Shown one piece after another: positions 27,184 to 36,847 of a stretch of 44,878 nt of DNA. The stretch is from NCBI GenBank assembly GCA_038845265.1, contig JAWBQR010000004.1, positions 1-44,878 of the forward strand, in the 5' to 3' direction. Position numbers and translations under genes: made by a program. Under the pieces are notes generated by a model. That model worked only from the letters and a program-made list of their open reading frames with translations, did no database searches and was not told the DNA's origin. Within the stretch, counting starts at the first letter, position 1. Each line of letters starts with the position of its first letter. The DNA is from Nitrososphaerota archaeon. GTDB taxonomy: Archaea; Thermoproteota; Nitrososphaeria_A; Caldarchaeales; Calditenuaceae.

Positions 27184-28209
27184 TTATCTTCCTAACGCCG
27201 TTCCTCGAGCTTCAGATAGTGAATAAAAGCCAGCTTTCCTCAACTCTGTTAGTAGTTCTCGTGCAATGGTTAATGCAGAAAGTGCTCCTCTATACACAAG
27301 GGCAGTGTATATCTGGACTGATGTGGCACCGTACATAATCGCCAGTAGGGCATCTTGTCCGGTGAATATTCCTCCAACTGCGTTAATCTCGATAGAGCCA
27401 TCAGTAAGTCCCCGAACCAATTTCACATTTTCTATCATGTATTTAAATAAAGGCCTTCCGCTCATTCCTCCCGTCCCTGTTGAGAGTCTTGGCTCTTGAA
27501 CAGCCAAGGTATTAACGACCGTCACCCCTTCAAAACCAGCATCATGCCATGCCCTAATCATCTTAGTCACCATATCTTTCTCATCAGTCGAGCTGATAGG
27601 TGGTAGCTTAAGATAGGTTGGCTTAGTTTTGTGTTCTCTTAATCTATCTATTAGATCTTTAAATACCTCTAATTCGAAATAGTGTCTCAAAGCAGGAGTA
27701 TTTGGTGAGCTTATGTTTATCTCAATTGCCGCTGCCTCTACTTGTGCTAGTTTGTAGCATTCTAGCAAATTATCTGGAAGTTCATCACTGACACTAATAA
27801 TCAATGGTGTAGCCCTTGATCTATTCTCTCTAACATTTTTTAGAAATTGAGTTATCCCGGGATTTGGAAAACCCATCGAGTTAATTATTGCCAACTGATC
27901 TACTTTCCTAATTATTCTGGGCTTTCTGTTGCCTTTCCTAGGATTTCTTGTCACGGTCCCAGCGATAAGATATCCAAAACCAAGTTTTTCCAAATGTCTT
28001 ATGTATTTACCTGTCTTATCAAAGCCAGCGGCGAGCCCTATTGGGTTATTCAACACGCCGAATTTTGTATTTATTTTTAGAGCATCGTCGAGAAAGGGCT
28101 CAACTCTGGGCATCATTCTCATCAGTCTCAAGCCAAGGGAATGAGAAGTTTCTGGAGGTAACTTGAGCAAAAAGCTGTGGACGATAGATTCTAATCGCGA
28201 CATATTCAT
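27184..28209 (-). CDS. pyrD: Dihydroorotate dehydrogenase, class 2 (quinone-type)
   Basis: PETSH N-terminal helix, NPIGLAAGFDK, GNRKPRI, NSMGFPN, NISSPNT (catalytic Ser), GGMSGRPL, VQIYT. Confidence 0.92.
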   Translation of the reverse strand: MNMSRLESIVHSFLLKLPPETSHSLGLRLMRMMPRVEPFLDDALKINTKFGVLNNPIGLAAGFDKTGKYIRHLEKLGFGYLIAGTVTRNPRKGNRKPRIIRKVDQLAIINSMGFPNPGITQFLKNVRENRSRATPLIISVSDELPDNLLECYKLAQVEAAAIEINISSPNTPALRHYFELEVFKDLIDRLREHKTKPTYLKLPPISSTDEKDMVTKMIRAWHDAGFEGVTVVNTLAVQEPRLSTGTGGMSGRPLFKYMIENVKLVRGLTDGSIEINAVGGIFTGQDALLAIMYGATSVQIYTALVYRGALSALTIARELLTELRKAGFYSLSEARGTALGR

Positions 28210-29537
28210 GGCAACTTCTTTCCATAATGTTCTTCAATTAGTCCTTTAAATTTATCCGACATATTGGCTAAACTGTAAAGCTCAACTCCTTCTTTTGCAA
28301 GTAATTCAGAGGCCCCTTCAAGTCGATCGAAGATAACAAAGTATTTGTCTATTATGCCGCCTTTTTCCCTCACTGCCTTTATACATTCTAGGGCTGTTTT
28401 TCCAGTTGTAGTTAAATCGTCAACCCCTACAAAATAATCACCATCCTTGATTATTCCTTCAATCTTCTTGGAGAGACCGTACTCTTTCTTATCTGCTCTA
28501 TAGTATATAAGACCCACTCCAAATTTATCTGCAATAATGCTGGCCAACGGTATTCCAGCGCTAGCAGTTGTGACAACCTTAAATCTCTCTTTTCCCATCT
28601 TTCTCTTGATCAATCTAAACATTGATTTAACAATGATCTGACGCGAATCTGGATCTGAGTATATTGCGCGACAATCAATGTAATAATTAGATAGCTTTCC
28701 ACTAGAAAGCCTTATTGGTTCTTTTGACAAATTAAATGCTCCCTCGGTCTTTAAAATAATATTCGAAACTTCGTAAAACTCTCTTAAACTCATGATCTTA
28801 TCATTGTACTTCATTGACTCTTTTTCTGGATCTTTTGATAAGATTATAGCTCTGCCCACATTAATCAGGATTCTGTTACCACCATGCTTAATGGCCATCT
28901 CTAAGTCTCCACCCTGCACACCCACTCCTGGGAATAATATGATTACGTCATCTCCTAATCTATCTCGAATAGATGATATTTCTGAGGGGTTTATGTCTCG
29001 TCCTAGGCCAATTACTATTCCATCTGTTCCAGATTTCATACAGTCAATTATAAAATAATTGTAAAATTCTTCACCATCCTCCATCTTTTTTCTATAATAA
29101 TTCTTGGACTCTGGATTTGAGGGGAGGACCAAGGCGAGTACACCTAGTCCTACTTCATGTGCCTCTTTTGTTATATCTGAGAGATTTCCAAGTATGGGGT
29201 TAACGGTAAGGGCATCATAGCCCATCTTTTTAATTAAATACATCCCGGATATTGCAGAATTAGTAATGTCGCCAATTTTACAATCATATATGCTAATAAG
29301 GTTATTCTCCTTTATTTTTTCTGTGATTTCTTTATGCTGTTCAAGTGATAAATCCCTCACAAAATTCTCGTTTATCTTTATTGCGCAGCAATTTTGACTT
29401 ACCTTTTCAATTATTTCTAGACAAAATTTCATTTTTTCCACAGGAGTGTTAAACTTATCGACTGGGGGGTCGAGTCCTACACATAAAATGCTTCCCTTGT
29501 TTTCCACTATTTTGTCATAGATTTCTATGAACCTCAT
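28206..29537 (-). CDS. pyrF: Bifunctional OMP decarboxylase-orotate phosphoribosyltransferase (PyrF-PyrE fusion)
   Basis: LCVGLDP, DCKIGDI, PGVGVQGG, NVGRAI, then LSSGKLSNYYIDCR, KEYG and PRPP motif VDDLTTTG in one ORF. Confidence 0.92.
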   Translation of the reverse strand: MRFIEIYDKIVENKGSILCVGLDPPVDKFNTPVEKMKFCLEIIEKVSQNCCAIKINENFVRDLSLEQHKEITEKIKENNLISIYDCKIGDITNSAISGMYLIKKMGYDALTVNPILGNLSDITKEAHEVGLGVLALVLPSNPESKNYYRKKMEDGEEFYNYFIIDCMKSGTDGIVIGLGRDINPSEISSIRDRLGDDVIILFPGVGVQGGDLEMAIKHGGNRILINVGRAIILSKDPEKESMKYNDKIMSLREFYEVSNIILKTEGAFNLSKEPIRLSSGKLSNYYIDCRAIYSDPDSRQIIVKSMFRLIKRKMGKERFKVVTTASAGIPLASIIADKFGVGLIYYRADKKEYGLSKKIEGIIKDGDYFVGVDDLTTTGKTALECIKAVREKGGIIDKYFVIFDRLEGASELLAKEGVELYSLANMSDKFKGLIEEHYGKKLP

Positions 29538-29670
29538 AACCCTTTGAATTATAATGTGTTTAACTACTTATTAATCAATATTACCGATAGAAATCGAGAA
29601 GAAGAGAAATCTCACGGCAAGTATAAATAGAAAAGGTTAAGTCAAGCATGGGCGTCCTAGTTGATTCAGG

Positions 29671-30648
29671 ATGGTTGCTATTCAACTTGACAGAGAGACA
29701 ACGATTCTAATAGGTCAAAAGACGATAGTTTCTGGCCAGTCTGTTGAGAGTGATATAACCTGCGTTACTCATGGACATTTAGACCATTGGGGAGGTAGAA
29801 AAAAACCCTCCATCATGACAAATGAGACGTATAACATACTAAGAGCGAGAAAAATAGGAATTAGTAACTATTTAAGTGCTAAACATGGCGAAACAATAAA
29901 TCCTTTTGGAGATATCAAAATTACTTTAATGAACTCCGGACATATGCTCGGCTCAAGTTTATTCAAGATTGAGACACCTGAGCTCGACGTTGTGTATACT
30001 GGAGATTTAAACACGGTCGAAACCATGCTCGATAGACCTGCGAAAGTAGTTAATGGTGAGGAGTTAATAATAGAAGCGACTTATGGAGCGCCTCTTTATA
30101 AGTTCGGACCTAGGGATAATATATACGCACAGATAGTTAGGTGGATTTTAAAAACAATAAAAGAAGGATTTATCCCTTGTTTTAAGGTCTATTCAGCCGG
30201 AAAGGCTCAAGAAATAATTGCTCTCGTCAATAGATTATTAGACATTGATGTAGTTGTAAGTCAGAATGTATATAGGGTGTCTTCTGTTTATAAAATGACG
30301 TATCCATGGATGAATTTCGAGCTAATAGGATCAATTGAGTCTGGCGAGATTCTTAGAAATGGGGAATTCGTATATGTAAGTAGCAGTAGAAGTTACGTGC
30401 CGACTTGGAAGAGAACAAAATGGGCAGTTGCGACTGGATGGGCTCTTACTAGTTTGTTCCCAGAATTCGATGCTGCTTTTCCGCTTAGTTCACATGCAGA
30501 CTTTAAGGGACTGCTCGACTATGTGGAGGCTGTATCACCTAGAAAGATATTTACATTGTTCGGTCACTCAGTAACCTTTGCTAAGTTCTTGAGAAAGCTT
30601 GGCTACAGTGCCTACGCTTTGGAAGAAAAGCCGCGCGTCGAAATCTAA
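29671..30648 (+). CDS. Metallo-beta-lactamase/beta-CASP family nuclease
   Basis: THGHLDH, SGHMLGS, YTGD, IIEATYG, GKAQE, LSSHADF, GH. Confidence 0.9.
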   Translation: MVAIQLDRETTILIGQKTIVSGQSVESDITCVTHGHLDHWGGRKKPSIMTNETYNILRARKIGISNYLSAKHGETINPFGDIKITLMNSGHMLGSSLFKIETPELDVVYTGDLNTVETMLDRPAKVVNGEELIIEATYGAPLYKFGPRDNIYAQIVRWILKTIKEGFIPCFKVYSAGKAQEIIALVNRLLDIDVVVSQNVYRVSSVYKMTYPWMNFELIGSIESGEILRNGEFVYVSSSRSYVPTWKRTKWAVATGWALTSLFPEFDAAFPLSSHADFKGLLDYVEAVSPRKIFTLFGHSVTFAKFLRKLGYSAYALEEKPRVEI

Positions 30649-30652
30649 GTAC

Positions 30653-30766
30653 CTACTGAGTGGAGCATGAAATACAGAGTCCGCATCTGTAGCATCTATG
30701 AGCATTTGGTGGCAATTCTGCGTGACATCTAGGGCATTCCTCGATTTGTAGTAATCTTTGACTCAT
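30653..30766 (-). CDS. 37-aa zinc-finger microprotein (not in the ORF track)
   Basis: MSQRLLQIEECPRCHAELPPNAHRCYRCGLCISCSTQ*; three CxxC motifs; TATA-like TATATAAA about 30 nt upstream on the minus strand; convergent with the beta-CASP gene. Confidence 0.8.
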   Translation of the reverse strand: MSQRLLQIEECPRCHAELPPNAHRCYRCGLCISCSTQ

Positions 30767-30994
30767 GGCCAACCCAATAATAAGTTGTTTTCTTAATTTA
30801 TATATTTTTAGGATTTATCCCTTATTTTTTATTCAAATTTTGCACAAATGGTTAAAAAATCGAGAATTCAGTAATTGTTTATATTCTATGAATGGTTTAA
30901 AGTTTTAAGCCTCTCCTAATCTGATGATTCGTGGTTTATGACAAACATAGGGTATATATTTATAAGTGTAGGATAGTTTTGGTTGGCATAAATA

Positions 30995-31660
30995 ATGCAG
31001 GTGTCAATCATAGAGGAGGACGATAAAAGAATAAAGTTATCACTGCGAGATGTACCTTTATCAATTGTAAATGCATTAAGACGAATCATAATTAATGAAG
31101 TCCCAGTAATGGCCGTAGATGATGTATTAATAATTGAAAATACATCATCGATGATGAATGAAGTTCTAGCATATAGAATCTCATTAATTCCTTATGTTAC
31201 TGACCTGGAGAATTACAAGCTTCCAGAAGAGTGCGATTGTAAAAGCGCGGTAGGATGCGAGAAATGTACAGTTAGATTCTCTTTAAAAGCTGTCGCAAGC
31301 GACTCAGTGATAACTGTTTATTCCAGAGATATTCAACCAGTAGGCGAAACTGGAAAAGTAAGACCAATTAATGGTGATTTCCCAATCATAAAACTTGCTC
31401 CAAACCAAGCCATCGAACTCGAACTATATGTTAGATTAGGAAAGGGGAAAAAACATGCAAAATGGCAGCCAGGAATAGCTACACTCTCATATGATGATAA
31501 AGGAAAGTATCTATTTGTAGAATCGTTCGGTTTTTTGGAGCCAAGAAGAATAATTTTGGAGGCAGTAAAGATTTTTGAAGAGACATTGACAGGGCTTAAT
31601 CAAGCTATAATAGATGCAATCAGGGGTGAGAAAAATGAGGAGAAAGATGGAAAAGTATAG
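30995..31660 (+). CDS. rpoD: DNA-directed RNA polymerase subunit D (Rpo3)
   Basis: NALRRIIINEVPVMAVDDV, NTS, CDC..GCEKC, PIIKL, GKKHAKW; TTTATAAG promoter at 30959-30966. Confidence 0.95.
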   Translation: MQVSIIEEDDKRIKLSLRDVPLSIVNALRRIIINEVPVMAVDDVLIIENTSSMMNEVLAYRISLIPYVTDLENYKLPEECDCKSAVGCEKCTVRFSLKAVASDSVITVYSRDIQPVGETGKVRPINGDFPIIKLAPNQAIELELYVRLGKGKKHAKWQPGIATLSYDDKGKYLFVESFGFLEPRRIILEAVKIFEETLTGLNQAIIDAIRGEKNEEKDGKV

Positions 31661-31982
31661 GCACCTGATACGGACAGTGAGTAGGCTCTCAAAAGAGGAG
31701 AATTTTTGGGAGGTTATAGCTAATAATCTACAGACTCCTAGACGTAGAAGAAGAGTAGTAAACCTCTACGAGCTAAATAGATTAACTTCTCCAAACGACA
31801 GAGTCATTGTACTTGGAAAACTGCTGGGCACGGGCGTATTAAAGCATCCATTAACCATTGTTGCATTTGATTTCTCCTCGAAATCGTATCAAAAAGTCAA
31901 AAGTATTGGGGGTACACCTATCTTTTTAGAGGACTTTATAAAAACAAAACCGAGTATTTCTGGATTTAAAATTATTGGGTGA
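31635..31982 (+). CDS. rpl18e: 50S ribosomal protein L18e
   Basis: PRRRRRVVNL, VLGKLLGTG, AFDFS; ATG 31635 follows a GGTGA SD. Confidence 0.92.
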   Translation: MRRKMEKYRHLIRTVSRLSKEENFWEVIANNLQTPRRRRRVVNLYELNRLTSPNDRVIVLGKLLGTGVLKHPLTIVAFDFSSKSYQKVKSIGGTPIFLEDFIKTKPSISGFKIIG

Positions 31983-31991
31983 AAAAAAGAC

Positions 31992-32465
31992 ATGATCGTT
32001 AAGAACAAAGATGAATTATTGATTATTGATGGGTCAGGACACAGGTTAGGTAGACTTGCTTCAAGAGTCGCGAAGATGCTTCTAGAGGGTAAAAAAGTCG
32101 TGATTGTAAATGCTCGAGATGTTGTAATTACAGGAAGTAAATCAGCAATACTCGAGAGATATAACAAGTTGATAGGTAGGACCTGGTATTCATCTCTTAG
32201 TAAGATACAGGTCTGGTTTCCGAGGAGAAGTGATAGAATACTATGGTATACTATCGCTAGGATGCTACCTAGGAAGAAAGCTAAGGGGAGAGAAGCACTG
32301 AAAAGACTAAAAATATACTCTGGCACACCAGAAAAATATATGAACGCAAATAAAATGAAGATAGATGATGCGCTTCACAAAAGCGAAGTCTCAAGGTCTG
32401 GCAAGATCATTAGAGCCTATAGACTAATAGAGATAGCTAAACTTATAGGGAGTAAGGAAAAGTAA
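31992..32465 (+). CDS. rpl13: 50S ribosomal protein L13
   Basis: IDGSGHRLGRLASRVAKMLLEG, FPRRSDRI, RMLPRK, ALKRLKIYSG. Confidence 0.95.
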   Translation: MIVKNKDELLIIDGSGHRLGRLASRVAKMLLEGKKVVIVNARDVVITGSKSAILERYNKLIGRTWYSSLSKIQVWFPRRSDRILWYTIARMLPRKKAKGREALKRLKIYSGTPEKYMNANKMKIDDALHKSEVSRSGKIIRAYRLIEIAKLIGSKEK

Positions 32466-32473
32466 TATTTGGG

Positions 32474-32890
32474 ATGTCAAAGAACGTCGAAGATCCAAAA
32501 AAGAGTTGGGAGAACCCTATATTGCTGTTGCTATCGCGTGGCAGGAGGTATCTAAAGGAAGAGCATATTGCCGCAGTTATAAGTGCGGTCTCGAATATGG
32601 AGACTGACCCATTCATGCTGAAAGATCTTGATAACTTCCTTCCTGAAGAAATAAGAAATAAAAAAGGATTTAGACGAAGCGTCGCTGGTCTTCTTGAGAC
32701 GCTAGTAGAAATCGGTTATCTTTCCAAACCTACTCAAAGGAAATACCTTAAGCTTCATCCCACACTCTCTCAGTATTTATCATCTTCACTCTTTGAGCTT
32801 GCAGAATTAGAACGAAGAAAAGAGCCTAAAATTTCAAAAGAAGAAAAAATAATAAGACTAAGTAATAATCGAGGAGGCAAACACAAGTAA
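32474..32890 (+). CDS. Hypothetical protein, possible winged helix
   Basis: 138-aa ORF with a helix-wing-like segment RRSVAGLLETLVEIGYLSKPTQRKY; no S9 motifs. Confidence 0.65.
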   Translation: MSKNVEDPKKSWENPILLLLSRGRRYLKEEHIAAVISAVSNMETDPFMLKDLDNFLPEEIRNKKGFRRSVAGLLETLVEIGYLSKPTQRKYLKLHPTLSQYLSSSLFELAELERRKEPKISKEEKIIRLSNNRGGKHK

Positions 32891-32939
32891 AGAAAGTGAG
32901 GAAAGGTATTTTTAGAGTCCTCTATAATATTTTTAAGAA

Positions 32940-33413
32940 ATGAGAGTAAGACTAACGCTGGGCCTAGTAGATAGGCCTGGCACATTGTTAAATGTATTAG
33001 AGCAGATAGCGATTCATGGAGGAAATATAATTTCGATAATTCATAATAGAGATAGGATAACCGCTGGATATGTTCCAGTAAGTATCAATGTTGAGTTTCC
33101 CAGCATCGAGCAGTTGGAAAAAGCAAAAATAGGTATTGAGTCGATAGGTGTTCCAGTAATGGAGGCAGAGACGCTTGAGAAGAAGATCGAGACTCTCCTC
33201 CTGATCGGCTCAATAGATATTGACTCAACTACTGAAGCAATTCAGATGGAAGGAGGAAAGGTCGTTGGGTTATCCCTAACAGGTAGTCCATCGTCGGCAT
33301 GTCTTAAATTAATCGTTGAGACACCACTTGAAAAGAGACAACGACTTATAAAATCACTGGAAACACTTGCTGAAAGTCAAGGCTCACTCCTAATAAGGGA
33401 AGAGGAGAGTTGA
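32940..33413 (+). CDS. ACT-domain protein (COG2061-like, putative homoserine dehydrogenase regulator)
   Basis: LVDRPGTLLNVLEQIAIHGGNIISIIH; TTGA overlap with hom. Confidence 0.85.
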   Translation: MRVRLTLGLVDRPGTLLNVLEQIAIHGGNIISIIHNRDRITAGYVPVSINVEFPSIEQLEKAKIGIESIGVPVMEAETLEKKIETLLLIGSIDIDSTTEAIQMEGGKVVGLSLTGSPSSACLKLIVETPLEKRQRLIKSLETLAESQGSLLIREEES

Positions 33414-34387
33414 TCAAAGCATTAATTCTCGGATATGGCTTTCTGGGAAAGTCACTTATTAAAAGACTAATAATAGAACCGGTACCTGGATTATTAATCG
33501 TTGGTATCGCTAATAGCAAAGGTTACATATATAGCAGTGAGGGGATAAAGCTTAAAGATTTAAAGGACAAGCTCGAGGAAAACAAAGAGTTCGAAACAGG
33601 GCGGGCAAGCGACCTCATAAGTAAAGATTACGTGGATCTGCTAATCGAGCTAACTCCCACAAACATAATTACCGGAGAGCCTGGTTTATCTCACGTAAAG
33701 AAAGCGATAACGCAGGGTATTGATGTTGTGACTGCAAATAAAGGCCCAGTTGTCTTGGCTTTAAATGAATTGAAAAAGATGGCCGATGAAAATGGTGTAA
33801 TTTTTAGGTATGAAGGGACAGTGGGTGGAGGTATTCCTATTTTTTCTCTGATTGATAAGTGTCTCAGGGGCGATAAGGTTATCTCGATAAGAGGCATACT
33901 TAATGGCACGACTAACTACATACTCACTAGGATGCATTTTGAGGGATTGACATTTGAATTAGCACTTAGAGAAGCTATGATGCTAGGGATAGCTGAAAGG
34001 AATCCTACACTTGACGTTGAAGGAATAGATACAGCGATAAAAATTGTGATACTCGCAAATTCAATAATTGGATTAAATAAAAAATTAAGCGATGTTAAGA
34101 TCAGAGGAATAACTAAGATTACTCCAGAAGCCATCTCAGCGGCTAAAGAGAACGGGATGACAATAAAACTTATAGGCAGTATAGAAGACGGTGAGCTAAG
34201 CGTGGAGCCGAGGCTTATTAGGCTAAATCATCCACTCTGCGTTCATGGAACGTTGAATGCAATCAATATCAGAACCAGTATCCTGAAAAACTTGACATTA
34301 ATAGGTGAAGGCGCGGGAGAGTCAACAATTGCATCAATAATAAATGATATATATGACGTCATTACGCATAAGTCAGCCTCAATTTAA
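33410..34387 (+). CDS. hom: Homoserine dehydrogenase
   Basis: GYGFLG, VVTANKGP, EGTVGGGIP, GILNGTTNYIL, DVEGIDTAIK, GEGAG. Confidence 0.95.
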   Translation: MIKALILGYGFLGKSLIKRLIIEPVPGLLIVGIANSKGYIYSSEGIKLKDLKDKLEENKEFETGRASDLISKDYVDLLIELTPTNIITGEPGLSHVKKAITQGIDVVTANKGPVVLALNELKKMADENGVIFRYEGTVGGGIPIFSLIDKCLRGDKVISIRGILNGTTNYILTRMHFEGLTFELALREAMMLGIAERNPTLDVEGIDTAIKIVILANSIIGLNKKLSDVKIRGITKITPEAISAAKENGMTIKLIGSIEDGELSVEPRLIRLNHPLCVHGTLNAINIRTSILKNLTLIGEGAGESTIASIINDIYDVITHKSASI

Positions 34388-35172
34388 GGCAAACCCTTGA
34401 ATACCTGGAGGTAATATGCTGTCATGATTGATATGAATAAAATAGATGCAAATACTGCTATGAAGATCTCTATATTTCTAATTTTTAGCTCTTTGTAACT
34501 AGTTCTTTTTTTGGAGGCACCGAAGCACTTTATTTCAAGTGCTTCCGCCATCTCATACGATCTTCGGATTATGCTTATTAATAATGGCACAAATATGTAA
34601 GTTAGGTTCTTTAATCTGATAAATATGTTTCCTTTTTCAAACTCCAACCCTCTTGACCTCTGGGCGTCTACTATCTGCTGTATCTCATCTGCTATTACTG
34701 GCGTGAAGCGTATTGCCGCTACTAGGGCAAAACTATAGTTGTATGGCACCTTTAAGAATGTCAAGACTTTTCCCACCTCATCAGGCGATGTAGTTAGAAA
34801 GAATAGTGAAAAAGATGCCAAAAATGCTAAAAACCTAATTGTATATCCAATCGCACGATAAAGTATTAACTCAACTGGAAGACTATTATTAAAAAATTGT
34901 ATTAATTGAAGTAAGCCAATAAATAAAATAATTGGTAAGGCTCCTCTTAATGTGTTAAGCATAGAGATTACCGTCCTCCCTATTACGAGCATAAAAATTT
35001 CTATTAAAATTACTATAATGGAAATCGTGAGCATACCATTCCACTCCGCGCCGAATGTGATTACAGTTATGAAGAGATATATCGAGAGAAGCAACTTGAC
35101 ACGCGGGTCGAGTCTATGAATTGGGGTATTAATGTTTTTAAATTTTAGCCCCTCAATAATTTTGAGCGACAT
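34384..35172 (-). CDS. ecfT: ECF transporter transmembrane component T
   Basis: IHRLDPRVK, AIRFTP, AQRSRG. Confidence 0.92.
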   Translation of the reverse strand: MSLKIIEGLKFKNINTPIHRLDPRVKLLLSIYLFITVITFGAEWNGMLTISIIVILIEIFMLVIGRTVISMLNTLRGALPIILFIGLLQLIQFFNNSLPVELILYRAIGYTIRFLAFLASFSLFFLTTSPDEVGKVLTFLKVPYNYSFALVAAIRFTPVIADEIQQIVDAQRSRGLEFEKGNIFIRLKNLTYIFVPLLISIIRRSYEMAEALEIKCFGASKKRTSYKELKIRNIEIFIAVFASILFISIMTAYYLQVFKGLP

Positions 35173-35176
35173 GTAT

Positions 35177-36007
35177 TCATCCCAATGATTTAGGTGGTTT
35201 TACTTTAGTACCTATCTCCATAAGTGCCTCCTCGACAGTAATACATCCAGGATTAACTCCAATCATAGATAATTTTTTCATCAGTAGGGGGATCTGGGGT
35301 AGGAGGAGAGAAGCTTTTTCTAATTTATCTTCATCTGTTAGTATAGATTCAGCAGGACCATCCGCTAATAATTTACCCTTTGATAAGAGAATTACTCTTG
35401 GACGCAAGTCTATCACAAACTCTACGTCGTGAGATGAGAGAATTATAGTAATTCCCTCACCTCTTAATTCTTGTATTAGTTGTTCTAATCTTCTCCTGCT
35501 TGGTGCATCTTGCCCCACTGTCGGTTCATCTATCACTATGTATTTGGGTTGCCATGCCAACACAATAGCTATTGATAATCTCTTTTTTTCCCCTCCGCTC
35601 AGCGTGAAGGGTGACCTATCCTTATAGTTCCATAAATCCATGAATTTTAAAGCATACTCTGCCCTGCTTGCTGCTTCATCCTCCGGATACCCCATCACCT
35701 TCAAGGAGAAGTAAATCTCCGACCAGACCGATTCAGTAAAAAACATTGTATCTGGAGTTTGAAACACTATGCCAACCTTTCTGGACAATTCTGCTACCGA
35801 TACTTTACGAGTATCCTGACCATCAACTAGGACCCTGCCCTCCGTCGGTTTAAGCAATCCATTAAGATGCTTCAAAAGCGTTGTTTTTCCTGACCCATTT
35901 TCACCCATAATTGCGATAAGTTCTCCTTCCCATATCTTGAGCGATATATTTCTAAGAGCCTCTACACCATTTGGATAAACATATCGGAGATTCTCTAATT
36001 GAATCAC
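35177..36007 (-). CDS. ecfA2: ECF transporter ATPase A'
   Basis: GENGSGKTT, PFTLSGGEKKR, DEPTVGQD. Confidence 0.9.
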   Translation of the reverse strand: MIQLENLRYVYPNGVEALRNISLKIWEGELIAIMGENGSGKTTLLKHLNGLLKPTEGRVLVDGQDTRKVSVAELSRKVGIVFQTPDTMFFTESVWSEIYFSLKVMGYPEDEAASRAEYALKFMDLWNYKDRSPFTLSGGEKKRLSIAIVLAWQPKYIVIDEPTVGQDAPSRRRLEQLIQELRGEGITIILSSHDVEFVIDLRPRVILLSKGKLLADGPAESILTDEDKLEKASLLLPQIPLLMKKLSMIGVNPGCITVEEALMEIGTKVKPPKSLG

Positions 36008-36013
36008 TAATCA

Positions 36014-36847
36014 TCAACCTATTAACAAATTCACGAACTCATCAATTGTTAAAGGCATAGAGCTAGGGAAACCAAATTCTTCCCTCATTCTCCTCGCTAG
36101 GTAAATTATTTTAGGGATTGGTACCAGCGGGTCATTCAGAGCAATATTTTCTAATACTTTTCTAGGATCATCATTGTTAACTATTTTGCCCGAGTCCATT
36201 ACCACAAGCCTGGTTACGTGCTGAAGTAACAAATCAAGACGATGCTCGGTAATAATTACTGTCAATTTTTCACTTTTACACAGCATTTCTAAGAGCTCAA
36301 TAATTGACTTTGCTGACGCAGGGTCGAGAAAAGACGTCGGCTCGTCAAGTAGGAGGATTCTTGGTTGAAGCGCAAGGACAGAAGCAATGGCAACTTTCTG
36401 TTTTTGTCCCCCTGATAACTCAAATGGTGACTGATGTCTAAGATCTTCAATATTCAAAATCCTCAATACTTTGTTGACCCTCTTTACAATCTCAGAGCGT
36501 TCTAGGCCTATGTTTTCCAATGCAAAGGCAATGTCTTCCTCGACCGATAATGAAAAGAGCTGAACTTCTGGATTCTGTAGAACCATTCCCACATGTTGAG
36601 ACATTATATGTGGAGGCGTAGTGGCGGGATTTAGGTTCATTACTCTGACCGAGCCGGTATACCTGCCGCTGTAGATGTTAGGTATTAGGCCATTTATACA
36701 TTTTAATAGCGTCGATTTTCCGCATCCTGTTGGGCCAGCAATCAATACGAATTCTCCCTCATCGATTGATAGACTAACATTCTGCAGAGCCATCTCCTCA
36801 GTACCCGCGTAACTAAAACTAAGATCTTTTATCTCTATTATCGCCAT
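36014..36847 (-). CDS. ecfA1: ECF transporter ATPase A
   Basis: GPTGCGKST, QNPEVQL, LSGGQKQK, LDEPTSFLD, EHR. Confidence 0.9.
   Translation of the reverse strand: MAIIEIKDLSFSYAGTEEMALQNVSLSIDEGEFVLIAGPTGCGKSTLLKCINGLIPNIYSGRYTGSVRVMNLNPATTPPHIMSQHVGMVLQNPEVQLFSLSVEEDIAFALENIGLERSEIVKRVNKVLRILNIEDLRHQSPFELSGGQKQKVAIASVLALQPRILLLDEPTSFLDPASAKSIIELLEMLCKSEKLTVIITEHRLDLLLQHVTRLVVMDSGKIVNNDDPRKVLENIALNDPLVPIPKIIYLARRMREEFGFPSSMPLTIDEFVNLLIG

Noticed and set aside
29648-29710. Out-of-frame ATG ORF (MGVLVDSGWLLFNLTERQRF*) overlapping the beta-CASP start
   Set aside because: The downstream ORF is complete with all motifs; no biased composition or slippery site.
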